Below are positions 10,976 to 20,982 of a stretch of 64,000 nt of DNA, piece after piece. Origin of the DNA: Alphaproteobacteria bacterium (GTDB lineage Bacteria > Pseudomonadota > Alphaproteobacteria > UBA828); the NCBI GenBank assembly GCA_965214705.1, contig CBDCCI010000002.1, positions 1,728,001 through 1,792,000 of the forward strand, written 5' to 3'. The number at the start of each line of letters is the position of its first letter. Within the stretch, counting starts at the first letter, position 1. The notes below the pieces were generated by a model. It did no database searches, was not told the DNA's origin, and saw only the letters and a list, made by a program, of their open reading frames with translations. A program made the translations under genes and the position numbers.

Positions 10976-11389
10976 CGAGCATCCGCTCCAGGGGTGGGTC
11001 GGGGCGATCCCATCCGTGCCGTGATGGCGGTCTGTGGGCTCTGTGGGCGTCGCCAATCGGCCATATCTCGTTCGGAACCCGTCATCCGGGCGACCGATTC
11101 CGGTCTGGGCCGTAGCGTGGGATCACCCTGGACCTCCCTCTCCGGCCCGTGTCCATCGCCTCGCCAACCCTCGGCACGCCGGGGGCGAGCGGTCATGCCC
11201 AGATGAAGCCGTGCTCGACCCTCAGCGGCCAGGAGGACCGCTATACGGCGGCACCATGGTGGCCAAATCCGTTGCCCAGCCCCCGCAACGACCGCACCAA
11301 AGCGGGTGGACCATGATTGGGTGCCGCGAAGCAGCGACGAAAATCAGAACGAATTTGTCGCGCCTAACAATGGCCATCGGGGTGTTCGG

Positions 11390-11570
11390 CCAAGCCATCG
11401 GCGCGCCGGGATGGGCTGACATGCCGCTCGTGGGCGGGCGCTTCGCCACCGGCGCCGCCGGCACGGACTACATAGCCGGCGCCTTCCGCGGGCCTGACCA
11501 GGAGGAGGTCTGGGGCGTGCTCGACACCGGGGCGTATGTCGGCGCGTTCGGGGCCAGGCGGGAGCGCTGA
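11390..11570 (+). pseudogene. C-terminal fragment of a TbpB-like beta-barrel lipoprotein
   Basis: IAGAFRGPDQEEVWGV...VGAFGARR* matches the GxFxGPxxEExxG...GAFG barrel motif also seen at 49055..50752. Confidence 0.65.
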
Positions 11571-11592
11571 ACGGCAGGGCCGTATCGATTGC

Positions 11593-12738
11593 CTACATGC
11601 CGATGATGTCTGCGATGGCCTTTCCGACCCTCTCGGCCGCCGCTTCGATGTCACGATCGCCGAGGTGGGCATACCGCAGAGTCATGCGGACGTTGGCGTG
11701 ACCGAGAAGGCGGGAGACGACGGGGACCGGCACGCCCTTCATCACGGCGTGGCTGGCATGGGTATGCCGGAGATCGTGAAGGCGGACGTCCTCGATGCCG
11801 GCCTCGCGGCGCACCCGGGACCAGAGCCCGAGATTATCTCCGAGCGGCCGCGCCGGATCGCGCGGCGAGGGAAACACGAAGGCGCTCCCCTGCCGCGGTT
11901 GCCGTTCGATGATTCTCCGGGCATGGGAGTTGAGCGGAACCTTTCGCGGTCCGGTCTTGGCTTCGGCCAGCATCAGCGCGTCGCCCTGGACCTCGGACCA
12001 GCGGAGGCGCACGATCTCGCCCTTGCGGCAGCCGGTCAGCAGCAGAAGCCGGACGATGTCGGCCTGCTGTCGGTCGCTCTCGCGGGGTAGTCCGTCGAGC
12101 GCCCGGTGCAGGCGGCCGATCTCCTCGCGGGACAGGAAGCGGGTGAGCGGCTGGCGGCGGTTCCCCTTGATGCCGCGCGTCGGGTTGGCGTCGATGTAGC
12201 CGCAGGCCATGGCGAAGTTCATGATCTGCCTGAGAAGCTTGAGGGCGCTGTTGGCATTGCCCGGCGCAGTCCGGCTGAACGCATGGAACCATTGCGCGGC
12301 CTGAGCCGGGGTGATGCGGTCGAGCGGCTTCGATCCGAAGGCGGGCAGGATGCGGCCTTCAAGCACGGAGCGGACGCCCCGTTTCGTGGACGGCTTGTAT
12401 CGGTCGAAATGAGCCTGCTTCCACTCGTTTGCGACGAAGTCCCGCATCAGCGGCGCAGCGCGCGTCGGCGCGGCCTCCCTGTCGGGCTCGGGGCCGGCCT
12501 GCCGGGCGAGGCACTCGCGGCGCGCCTCGGCGACGCTCGCGGTCTCCACCGGGCCGAGCGACACGCGTCTCGATCCGCCCGCGGATTGCCGCAGGAGAAC
12601 CCAGCTCTTCCCGCCGGTGGGCCTGACCCGGACGCCGAGCCCCGGCGCGCGGCTGTCCCATACGGTATATTCCCGCTCGCGGGGCCGCAGGCGGGCAACG
12701 GCGGCGTCGGTGAGGCGCATGCGTTTTCTGCCGGACAT
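11593..12738 (-). CDS. Tyrosine integrase with arm-binding domain (second of tandem pair)
   Basis: N-terminal WD..PGLGVRV..GGKSW arm domain; TGCRKGE, KTG, HDLRH, LLGH, TLRY. Confidence 0.92.
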   Translation of the reverse strand: MSGRKRMRLTDAAVARLRPREREYTVWDSRAPGLGVRVRPTGGKSWVLLRQSAGGSRRVSLGPVETASVAEARRECLARQAGPEPDREAAPTRAAPLMRDFVANEWKQAHFDRYKPSTKRGVRSVLEGRILPAFGSKPLDRITPAQAAQWFHAFSRTAPGNANSALKLLRQIMNFAMACGYIDANPTRGIKGNRRQPLTRFLSREEIGRLHRALDGLPRESDRQQADIVRLLLLTGCRKGEIVRLRWSEVQGDALMLAEAKTGPRKVPLNSHARRIIERQPRQGSAFVFPSPRDPARPLGDNLGLWSRVRREAGIEDVRLHDLRHTHASHAVMKGVPVPVVSRLLGHANVRMTLRYAHLGDRDIEAAAERVGKAIADIIGM

Positions 12739-12741
12739 GGC

Positions 12742-13866
12742 TCATGTTCCCCCCAGCGCGTCGCCGACGGTCTCGGCGGCCTCGGCGATCATGCTGTCGG
12801 CGAGATGAATGTATTTGAGGGTGGTCTCGGGGCTGGCGTGGCCGAGCAGGCGGGCGATGGCGAGGACGGTCTCGCCGCTCCGCAGGGCGATGCTGGCATA
12901 GGTATGGCGGAGGTCGTGAAGGCGCACATCCGCCAACCCGGCCTCGGCGCGAAGCTCGCGCCAGAATGTGTCGAGCCAGACGGCGCCCCGCGGCCCTCCG
13001 GTGCGGGGCGCCGGGAAGACCCACCGCCCGGTCCGCTCGATGCGGTCGAGGACGTTCCGCGCCGGGCTGGAGAGCCAGACGGTTCGGGGACCCGTCTTGC
13101 TGTCGCGCAGGAAGAGACGGCCTTCGCGATAGTCGGACCAACGCAGCGTCAGGATCTCGCCCTTGCGGCACCCCGTGAGGAGAAGAAGGCGGATCGCCGC
13201 GACCTGAAGCGGCTGCCCGTCGGCATGAGCGGACAACACCGTGGAGAGGCGGCGGATCTCGCCGTCGGACAGGAAGCGCTCGCGCCCCTTGCGGCGGTAG
13301 CGCCGGATGCCTCGGCAGGGGTTGGAGCCCTCGGGACGAAGGCCCATGGTTTCCGCCTCGCGCATGATGACCGAGAGAACCGGCATGGACCTGTCTGCTG
13401 CGACCGGGGTCGCACGCAGGGCAAGGAACCAGTCGCGGACGTCCTGAGCGCCGATGTCGGCGATCTGCCGTCCCGAGAAATGAGGCAGGATCCGGCTGCG
13501 CAGGTAGCGGCGGTTGACGTTGAGGGTTCCGGTCTTCCAGAGGTGGCGGTGACGCTCGAACACGGTCTCGGCGACGGCCTCGAAGAGGGTTTCGGCGGAA
13601 TCGCGGGGGACTTCCTCGCCCCGCCGCATGGCGGCGAGCGTCTCGCGCGCGCAAGAGCGCGCGTCGTCCACGCTCATGGTCCCGGCGTCGCCTATGATCT
13701 TCCAGACCCGCTCGCCGCGGTGCTGGCAGTGGACGAAAAAGCGCTTGCGTGCGGAGGGCAGGATCCGGACGCCGAAGCCCCTGAGGGCACCGTCGCGGAG
13801 GTCGTAGGTGGCCTTGCGGGGCTTGAGCCTGCGGACGCGGGCCTCGGTGAGGGTGATCCTGGGCAT
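12742..13866 (-). CDS. Tyrosine integrase with arm-binding domain (first of tandem pair)
   Basis: GFGVRILPS arm domain; TGCRKGE, DSKTG, HDLRH, LLGH, TLKY; 3 bp upstream of its partner. Confidence 0.92.
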   Translation of the reverse strand: MPRITLTEARVRRLKPRKATYDLRDGALRGFGVRILPSARKRFFVHCQHRGERVWKIIGDAGTMSVDDARSCARETLAAMRRGEEVPRDSAETLFEAVAETVFERHRHLWKTGTLNVNRRYLRSRILPHFSGRQIADIGAQDVRDWFLALRATPVAADRSMPVLSVIMREAETMGLRPEGSNPCRGIRRYRRKGRERFLSDGEIRRLSTVLSAHADGQPLQVAAIRLLLLTGCRKGEILTLRWSDYREGRLFLRDSKTGPRTVWLSSPARNVLDRIERTGRWVFPAPRTGGPRGAVWLDTFWRELRAEAGLADVRLHDLRHTYASIALRSGETVLAIARLLGHASPETTLKYIHLADSMIAEAAETVGDALGGT

Positions 13867-13985
13867 GAATTTGCTCCCGGCTGCGGTTGCAGGCGGGGAA
13901 CGGCCGGTCTCCGGATTGGCCCCGCTGCAACAAGTGTCAGGAGAAAAAACGACCCTGTGTCAGACAGTTAGCACCGAAGGTGCGT

Positions 13986-15193
13986 AGGGTGGTGTTCGAC
14001 ATCCTCTTCCGGGCCGTCGCCGAGACCCTGCGCACCATCGCCGCCGATCCCCGCCACGGCGGCATGCGCATCGGCGGCACCGCGGTCCTCCATACCTGGG
14101 ATCAGAAGCTCCGCTTCCACCCGCACCTGCACGTGGTCGTGCCCAACGCGGGCTTCGACGTAGACAGTGGCGAGTGGAAGACGGGGAGCACCACCTTCCT
14201 CGCCCCCGTCAAGGTCCTCGGCAGCCTGTTCCGCCGCCTCTTCCTCAAGGAGCTCGCCCGCGCCCACGGCCGGGGGGACCTGGAGTTCCACGGCACCCTC
14301 GCCCACCTCGCCAATCCCGGCGAGTTCCACGCCACGCTTGCCGCCGCCCGGGCCAGGGACTGGGTGGTCTACGCCAAGCGGCCCTTCCGCGGGCCTGAGC
14401 AGGTCTTCCGGTACCTCTCGCACTACACGCACAGGATCGCCATCTCCGACAGCCGCATCGTCTCCTTCGACGGCGAGACGGTCTCCTTCCGCCACCGAAA
14501 GCCCAAGGCGCCGGGGCAGAGAAAGCCGCGCTACGGCATCGCCACCGTGAGCGCCGACGAGTTCATCCGCCGCTTCCTGAGGCACGTCCTGCCGGACGGC
14601 ATGCACCGCACTCGCTACTTCGGCATCCTCGCCAACGGCTGCCGCGCCAGCACGCTGGAGAGAGCACGCCAGGCTCTCGGCGCCCTCGGCTGCGCCGCCC
14701 CCGAGGGAAGCGTGGACGGCGCTCGGGCCGAGCCCGACGAAGAGCCCGAGATCGGCACCGCGCCCGTGGCCTGCCCCCACTGCGGCGGCGTCATGCGCCT
14801 CGTCCGCGAAATCCGCCGCCGCCATGAGCCCCGCTCGACGCGCGGCCCGCCGGCGCTGCCGCCGACCCACAGGGGGAAACCGTGAGACGCCCGCTCGCTT
14901 CGGCCCCGCGCAACGGCGCCAAAGCGCCGACGCACGACCGAACCTGTCTCCGCTTGAGCCGGGCTGACAGCCCTCGGCTCACACCCCGCTCAGTCCTCGC
15001 AGCGTGCGCCCGCATGCCTGCCGAAAGACCGGCGCGAGCGTCGATTTTATGCGCAACTCTGCTGCCGGTGGATGCCGCCTGACGCTGACATCAGCGCACT
15101 TTCCACATAGCTCAACTTCGCCTCTCGTGGCCCGCGGCTTCGTTCAAAAGGGTTGGGCAGGCTCTCGAGAGAGAGCCTGCCCAACCCTTAACC
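13986..15193 (+). mobile_element. YR-HUH (IS91-like) element copy A, 5'-truncated
   Basis: Near-identical to the 3' part of 15961-18624, including the terminal hairpin; cut at the dual-integrase element end. Confidence 0.9.
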
Positions 15194-15829
15194 TTGAACA
15201 GCGACAGCTGCTGGTGCCCGTGCACGGCATCGCAGGTGTCGTCGATATCCAGCGTGATGGCGGCGGGTGGGGCTGAGAAGGAGCGGCAGAAGAGATCGAC
15301 CAGGGCGGCCGTCATGCGCGCCACCTCGATGCGAGACGGAGCGTTCTCCAGGCGGCTCATGGTGGGCTGGGAACAGAGATCGCGGCCGTTCTCCGGCGCC
15401 CGGCCTGAGGCCAGCTTGAACAGAGGGTCCGCGCGCAGCGTGTCGCAGTCGTCGGCGTCCTCGTACCCGCAGGCGATGGCCAACATGCGAAAGCGGAGCA
15501 TGGCCGAGAGCGAGTGGATCACCTGCGCCTGATTGCGCCGGTCCCGGATGCAGCCCGCCAGGGTCTCGGCGAGACGCAAGCGGCGTTCCGCTTCGCGCAG
15601 CAGGACGAGGCCGCCGTCAGACGAGATCAGGCCGCCGTCGAAGGCGGCGCTCACCTTCTTGCGCGCGACGGCTGGCAGATCGAAGGGGAGAAGGCTATCG
15701 TCGGTCATGGCGGGCGTGGCGTGGCGTGGCTCGGAGAGGAAGACGCTCGGACAACGAATTCCTACCCGATGGCAACGGCTTACGCTACGTTCGCCACCCC
15801 AAAATCAGACCTGCCATGAATAATCCGGG
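15194..15829 (-). mobile_element. IS1380-family element, 5' part only (transposase from 15708)
   Basis: FDGGLISSDGG, GYEDADDCD, LDIDDTCDAVHGHQQLSLF; end cccggattattcat. Confidence 0.88.
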
Positions 15830-16189
15830 CTAGAGTGGCGGCGCGGCAAGGCGAGGGCGCGGATGAGGGGCGAGGAGCTGGTCTTTTTCGGATGGCCCGA
15901 TCTGGCCGGCCTCATGCGCGGGCGCGGATTCCCGGCGGCCGATCTCGACCAACGCCTTTTGAACGAAGCCGCTACGCGGAGTTAGCGGCGTAGAGTTCAT
16001 TCATTTCCGAGGCGTCGCGGGTGCCGTTTGTTCTGTGCGTTCGCTTCCCGGTTGCGTCAGTGGCGCTCCGCCCGTCGGGTGGCGGATCCCCAGCAGCCTC
16101 CCGATCACCAGTGGTTAGTATCGACCCCTGCGACGGACCGTCGCCGGATCGGTCCGGCGGCGCGCCGTCGCGATCCAGGGAGATCGATA

Positions 16190-17068
16190 ATGACCGGGAC
16201 CGCGTGCGACACGAACACCGTCACCCCTCTTCGCCAGCGCATGGAGGAGCAGCTCCGCATCGCCAATCTGGCCGCGAGCACGTCCAAGGCCTACATCTGC
16301 GAGATCAAGAACCTGGCCAGGTACTACGACGCCTCGCCGGACGAGCTCGACGCCGAGCAGGTGCGCCAGTGGTACCTGGGGCGGATCGACAAGGGGCTCA
16401 GTCCGGGCACGACCAACGTCTCCTTCGCCGCGCTGAACTTCCTCTACATCGACACACTCGGCTGGCCTGACCATGTCGCCGGCCTGCGCTCCCGCAAGAA
16501 GCCCGGCAAGCTGCCGCGCTACATGTCGGAGCAGGAGGTCGAGCACCTCATCCTTGCGACACCCGACCTCCGCCACCGTGCTGCCATTGTCACCGGCTAT
16601 GGCGGCGGGCTCCGCATCTCCGAGACCTTGGCCATCAAGGTCGGCGACATCCTGTCGGAGAAGAAGCTGCTGCACATCCCCTCCGGCAAAGGCGGCACCG
16701 AGAGAATGGCACCGTTGCCGGACATCGTCATCCACTACTTGCGCGTCTACTACAGGAACATCTGGCCGCGTCCGACGAGCTGGCTCTTCTACGGCGTCTC
16801 GCTCGACAGGCCCATCGCAACGGAGACCTTGCAGGCCGCCTTCAGGAGGGCGCGCGACATTGCCGAGCTCGACCGCAGCTACACCTTCCATTGCCTGCGC
16901 CATTCGGCGGCGACCCATCTCCTCGAGCGCGGCGGCGATATCGAGGTGATCCGGGACATGCTCGGCCATCGAAGCGCGAACACGACCCGTCACTACGCCC
17001 GCGTCACCGGCAAGATGTTCGAGGGCCTCGACCACCCGATCTCAGGCTTCGCAGCGTTGCGCAACTGA
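16190..17068 (+). CDS. Tyrosine recombinase of the IS91-like element
   Basis: RBS gggag before ATG 16190; GLRISE, GKGG, HCLRH, LGH, TRHY. Confidence 0.92.
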   Translation: MTGTACDTNTVTPLRQRMEEQLRIANLAASTSKAYICEIKNLARYYDASPDELDAEQVRQWYLGRIDKGLSPGTTNVSFAALNFLYIDTLGWPDHVAGLRSRKKPGKLPRYMSEQEVEHLILATPDLRHRAAIVTGYGGGLRISETLAIKVGDILSEKKLLHIPSGKGGTERMAPLPDIVIHYLRVYYRNIWPRPTSWLFYGVSLDRPIATETLQAAFRRARDIAELDRSYTFHCLRHSAATHLLERGGDIEVIRDMLGHRSANTTRHYARVTGKMFEGLDHPISGFAALRN

Positions 17069-17074
17069 CGGCGC

Positions 17075-18316
17075 GTGGAGGCCGAACGCGCGGGCGTGGC
17101 GGAGATCTTCCGCCGCGCCGGCGCCGCTTTCCGTGAGCGCCACAAAGGGCGCATCGACGCCGCCCGGCTCAAGGTCATGGGCGCCATCGAGGCGTGCCGC
17201 ACCGCCGTGCTCGGCGGCCACATGTACGCCTGCGAGGGCTGCGGGCGCGAGCATCCGCTCTCCAACTCCTGCCGCAACCGCCACTGCCCCACCTGCCAGG
17301 GTCTCGCCGCCAACCTCTGGAGCGAGGAGCGCGCCGGGGACATCCTGCCGGTGCCCTACTTCCATGTGGTCTTCACCCTGCCCAAGGAGGTTGCCGCCAT
17401 TGCCTTCTGCAACCGCAGGGTGGTGTTCGACATCCTCTTCCGGGCCGTCGCCGAGACCCTGCGCACCATCGCCGCCGATCCCCGCCACGGCGGCATGCGC
17501 ATCGGCGGCACCGCGGTCCTCCATACCTGGGATCAGAAGCTCCGCTTCCACCCGCACCTGCACGTGGTCGTGCCCAACGCGGGCTTCGACGTAGACAGTG
17601 GCGAGTGGAAGACGGGGAGCACCACCTTCCTCGCCCCCGTCAAGGTCCTCGGCAGCCTGTTCCGCCGCCTCTTCCTCGAGGAGCTCGCCCGCGCCCACGG
17701 CCGGGGGGACCTGGAGTTCCACGGCACCCTCGCCCACCTCGCCAATCCCGGCGAGTTCCACGCCACGCTTGCCGCCGCCCGGGCCAGGGACTGGGTGGTC
17801 TACGCCAAGCGGCCCTTCCGCGGGCCTGAGCAGGTCTTCCGGTACCTCTCGCACTACACGCACAGGATCGCCATCTCCGACAGCCGCATCGTCTCCTTCG
17901 ACGGCGAGACGGTCTCCTTCCGCCACCGAAAGCCCAAGGCGCCGGGGCAGAGAAAGCCGCGCTACGGCATCGCCACCGTGAGCGCCGACGAGTTCATCCG
18001 CCGCTTCCTGAGGCACGTCCTGCCGGACGGCATGCACCGCATTCGCTACTTCGGCATCCTCGCCAACGGCTGCCGCGCCAGCACGCTGGAGAGAGCACGC
18101 CAGGCTCTCGGCGCCCTCGGCTGCGCCGCCCCCGAGGGAAGCGTGGACGGCGCTCGGGCCGAGCCCGACGAAGAGCCCGAGATCGGCACCGCGCCCGTGG
18201 CCTGCCCCCACTGCGGCGGCGTCATGCGCCTCGTCCGCGAAATCCGCCGCCGCCATGAGCCCCGCTCGACGCGCGGCCCGCCGGCGCTGCCGCCGACCCA
18301 CAGGGGGAAACCGTGA
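17075..18316 (+). CDS. IS91-family rolling-circle (HUH/Y2) transposase
   Basis: Zinc finger SCRNRHCPTC, HVVFTLP, HTW...HPHLH (HUH), YLSHY (Y2), RFLRHVLP. Confidence 0.95.
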   Translation: MEAERAGVAEIFRRAGAAFRERHKGRIDAARLKVMGAIEACRTAVLGGHMYACEGCGREHPLSNSCRNRHCPTCQGLAANLWSEERAGDILPVPYFHVVFTLPKEVAAIAFCNRRVVFDILFRAVAETLRTIAADPRHGGMRIGGTAVLHTWDQKLRFHPHLHVVVPNAGFDVDSGEWKTGSTTFLAPVKVLGSLFRRLFLEELARAHGRGDLEFHGTLAHLANPGEFHATLAAARARDWVVYAKRPFRGPEQVFRYLSHYTHRIAISDSRIVSFDGETVSFRHRKPKAPGQRKPRYGIATVSADEFIRRFLRHVLPDGMHRIRYFGILANGCRASTLERARQALGALGCAAPEGSVDGARAEPDEEPEIGTAPVACPHCGGVMRLVREIRRRHEPRSTRGPPALPPTHRGKP

Positions 18317-18578
18317 GACGCCCGCTCGCTTCGGCCCCGCGCAACGGCGCCAAAGCGCCGACGCACGACCGAACCTGTCTCCGCTTGAGCCGGGCTGACA
18401 GCCCTCGGCTCACACCCCGCTCAGTCCTCGCAGCGTGCGCCCGCATGCCTGCCGAAAGACCGGCGCGAGCGTCGATTTTATGCGCAACTCTGCTGCCGGT
18501 GGATGCCGCCTGACGCTGACATCAGCGCACTTTCCACATAGCTCAACTTCGCCTCTCGTGGCCCGCGGCTTCGTTCAA

Positions 18579-18620
18579 AAGGGTTGGGCAGGCTCTCGAG
18601 AGAGAGCCTGCCCAACCCTT
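18579..18620. repeat. Perfect 19-bp-arm terminal hairpin, loop GAGA
   Basis: aagggttgggcaggctctc-gaga-gagagcctgcccaaccctt. Confidence 0.95.
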
Positions 18621-19831
18621 AACCGAAACCGGCATCGGCTGGGTGCCGGTGGCGCAGGCGATCGGCCCGCTCTCGACGCTGGCGCCGAGCCCGTGGGGTG
18701 CGCTGGGGGATGTCTGGCTGGTCGCCGACCGGGAGGCCCACGCCAGGGTCGACCTGTGGCCGGAGCAGCCGCCGTTCCACGCCTACATCTGCGATGGCAT
18801 CGCGCCGGACGGTGCGCCCTGGGAGGCGTGTCTCAGAGCCTTGCTGCGGCGTGCGCTTGACGCCCTCGAGCAAGAGTTCGGCCTGCGGCTCATGGCTGCC
18901 TTCGAGCAGGAGTTCTATCTGGTGGAGGGGCTGGAGCGGCTCGGACCCAACTACAGTATCATCGCCCACGAGCAGGCATTGGGTTTCGGCGCCGTGCTGG
19001 TGGCGGCGTTGCGCGCGGCGGGGCTGGAGCCCGAGACCTTCGAGCCGGAAGGAGGGCCCGGCCAGTACGAGGTGAACTGTCGCCCTGTGCTCGGCCTCGC
19101 CGCCGCAGACCGGGCACTGCTGGTGCGCGAGCTCGTGCGCGCCGTCGCAACGCGCGAAGGGTACCGCGCGACCTTCACGCCGATGATCGCGGCGCAGGGT
19201 TTTGGGAACGGCGTTCACGTGCACTTCAGCCTGCAGGACCTCGACGGCGCGCCGGTCTCGCACGATCCGGCTCAGCCGGCGGGTGTGGCGGCGCAGGCCG
19301 GCAGCTTCGTCGCGGGGATCATGCGCCGGCTGCCCGCGCTCGCGGCGTTCACGGCGCCCTCGCCGGTCTCCTACCTGCGGCTCGCGCCGGGCCATTGGGC
19401 GGGCGGGGCCGCGGCCTTCGGCGCCGACAACCGCGAGGCGGCGCTCCGCATCTGCGCCGGCCGGCATGGGCCCGGCGGGGTCGACCCTGGCCAGTACAAC
19501 TTCGAATTTCGCCCGGCCGATGCCGCCGCTTCGCCCCACGTGACGCTGGCCGTGCTGGTCCAGGCGGGGCTCGAAGGCCTGCGCGAGGACCTGCCGACAC
19601 CGCCGCTGGTCGAGCGCGATCCGTCCGATCTGAGCGATGAGGAGCGCGAGGCGCTCGACGTGCGCTGGCTGCCACGCTCGCTGGAGGAGGCGCTGGCGGC
19701 GGCGGGGGCCGACGAGGCGGTGCACGGCTGGTTTTCCGATCCGCTCTGGCAGGCCTATGTTTCGCTCAAGCGCCATGAACTCGCGGCGGCGGGCGAGCTT
19801 TCCCCCGACGCCGTAATTCGGAGTTATCTCG

Positions 19832-20974
19832 ATGCCTATTAGCGACATCACCGCAACGCTGCCGCTGGTCGACCATCACTGCCATGGTCTCTTTCCCGTG
19901 GACCTGGATGACGAGCGACTCGCCGATTCGCTGAGCGAGGCGTTTGCGCCGGCGCCTCCCGGCACGAACCACTGGGACAAGCCGGTGGCGCTGAGCGTCC
20001 GGCGCTGGTGCGCGCCGCTGCTGGACCTGGAGCCGTTCTGCGCACCGGCGGCGTATGCCGAGCGCCGCCGGGTGATCGGCGCAGCGGAGGTGAACCGGCG
20101 CTTCCTCGCCGCATCGGGGATCGGCACCTATGTCGTGGACAGCGGCAACCGGCCGGAGGAGCTCTGCAGCGTCTCCGAAGTGGGCGCGATCGCCGGGGCG
20201 CCGGCGCGGGAGATCGTGCGCATGGAATCCGTCGCCGAGCGCGTCGCGCAGGGCGGCGTGTCGGCGGCGGGCTTCGCGCAGGCGTTCGAGACGGCGTTGC
20301 GCGCCTCACTCGGTGAGGAGGTGGTGGGTCTCAAGTCGATCCTGGCCTACCGCGCGACGCTCCGCATCGACTACGCGAAGCCCACGCCTGCCGAGGTCGA
20401 GGCGGCAGCAGGACGCTGGCTCGCCGAGATCGAGCAGACCGGCACGGTGCGCCTCACCGACCCGGTGCTCGAGCGGCACCTGATCTGGACCGGAGCCGAC
20501 ATCGCGCGCGAGCGGGGCTTCCCGATCCAGTTCCACATCGGCATTGGCGATCCCGACATCGAGCTGCACCGCGTGGACCCCAGCCATCTCACGCCCTGGA
20601 TCAAGGCGGTGGAGCCCTGGGGCTTTCCCATCACGCTGCTGCACTGCTACCCCTTCCACCGCGAAGCGGGCTTGATGTCGGAGAACTTCCCGCAGGTCTA
20701 TTTCGACGTGGGTTTCGCGCTGAACTGGGTGGGGCCGAGCTATCAGCGGATCATGGACGAGGCGCTGGAGCTCGTGCCTTTCACGAAGCAACTCTTCAGC
20801 ACCGACGCCTTCGGCCTCGCGGAGCTCTACTACCTGGGCGCGCTGCGCTTCCGCACCGCGCTCGCCCGCGCGCTCGGGCGCTGGGTGGAAGACGACGAGT
20901 GCTCGGTGGCGGACGCCGAGCGCATCGCGGCTCTGATCGGCGTCGAGAACGCCCGGCGCATCTACAAGGTCTAG
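19832..20974 (+). CDS. Amidohydrolase family protein (FluG N-terminal-like)
   Basis: LVDHHCH, GLKSILAYR, IQFHIGIGD, LLHCYP, FSTDA; overlaps the GS stop codon. Confidence 0.88.
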   Translation: MPISDITATLPLVDHHCHGLFPVDLDDERLADSLSEAFAPAPPGTNHWDKPVALSVRRWCAPLLDLEPFCAPAAYAERRRVIGAAEVNRRFLAASGIGTYVVDSGNRPEELCSVSEVGAIAGAPAREIVRMESVAERVAQGGVSAAGFAQAFETALRASLGEEVVGLKSILAYRATLRIDYAKPTPAEVEAAAGRWLAEIEQTGTVRLTDPVLERHLIWTGADIARERGFPIQFHIGIGDPDIELHRVDPSHLTPWIKAVEPWGFPITLLHCYPFHREAGLMSENFPQVYFDVGFALNWVGPSYQRIMDEALELVPFTKQLFSTDAFGLAELYYLGALRFRTALARALGRWVEDDECSVADAERIAALIGVENARRIYKV

Positions 20975-20982
20975 GCGTGCCG

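Larger units (their letters stand above)
4536..13985 (-). mobile_element. Dual-integrase integrative element, copy 1 (degraded; far boundary inferred)
   Basis: Tandem integrases at right end; end motif gcaccgaaggtgc (13971-13983); inverted subterminal motif ggtcgttttctctcctg at 4588; same layout as 23275-52852. Confidence 0.55.
15961..18624 (+). mobile_element. YR-HUH (IS91-like) element copy B, 2664 bp
   Basis: Starts gaacgaagccgc, ends gcggcttcgttc + hairpin + aacc; same length as copies C, D and E. Confidence 0.92.
15863..19842 (+). pseudogene. Glutamine synthetase-like (gamma-glutamyl ligase) gene split by YR-HUH copy B (15863-15958 + 18625-19842)
   Basis: MRGEELVFFGWPDLAGLMRGRGFPAADLDQRL rejoins ETGIGWVP; motifs AFEQEF, EGGPGQYE, GNGVHVHFS, NREAALR, NFEFRPAD. 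Confidence 0.88.

Noticed and set aside
12106-13971. Long antisense ORFs (621 aa here; also 8887..10563, 28985..30592, 42422..44614, 17042..18301)
   Set aside because: Shadow ORFs opposite well-supported GC-rich transposase or integrase genes, with no recognisable motifs
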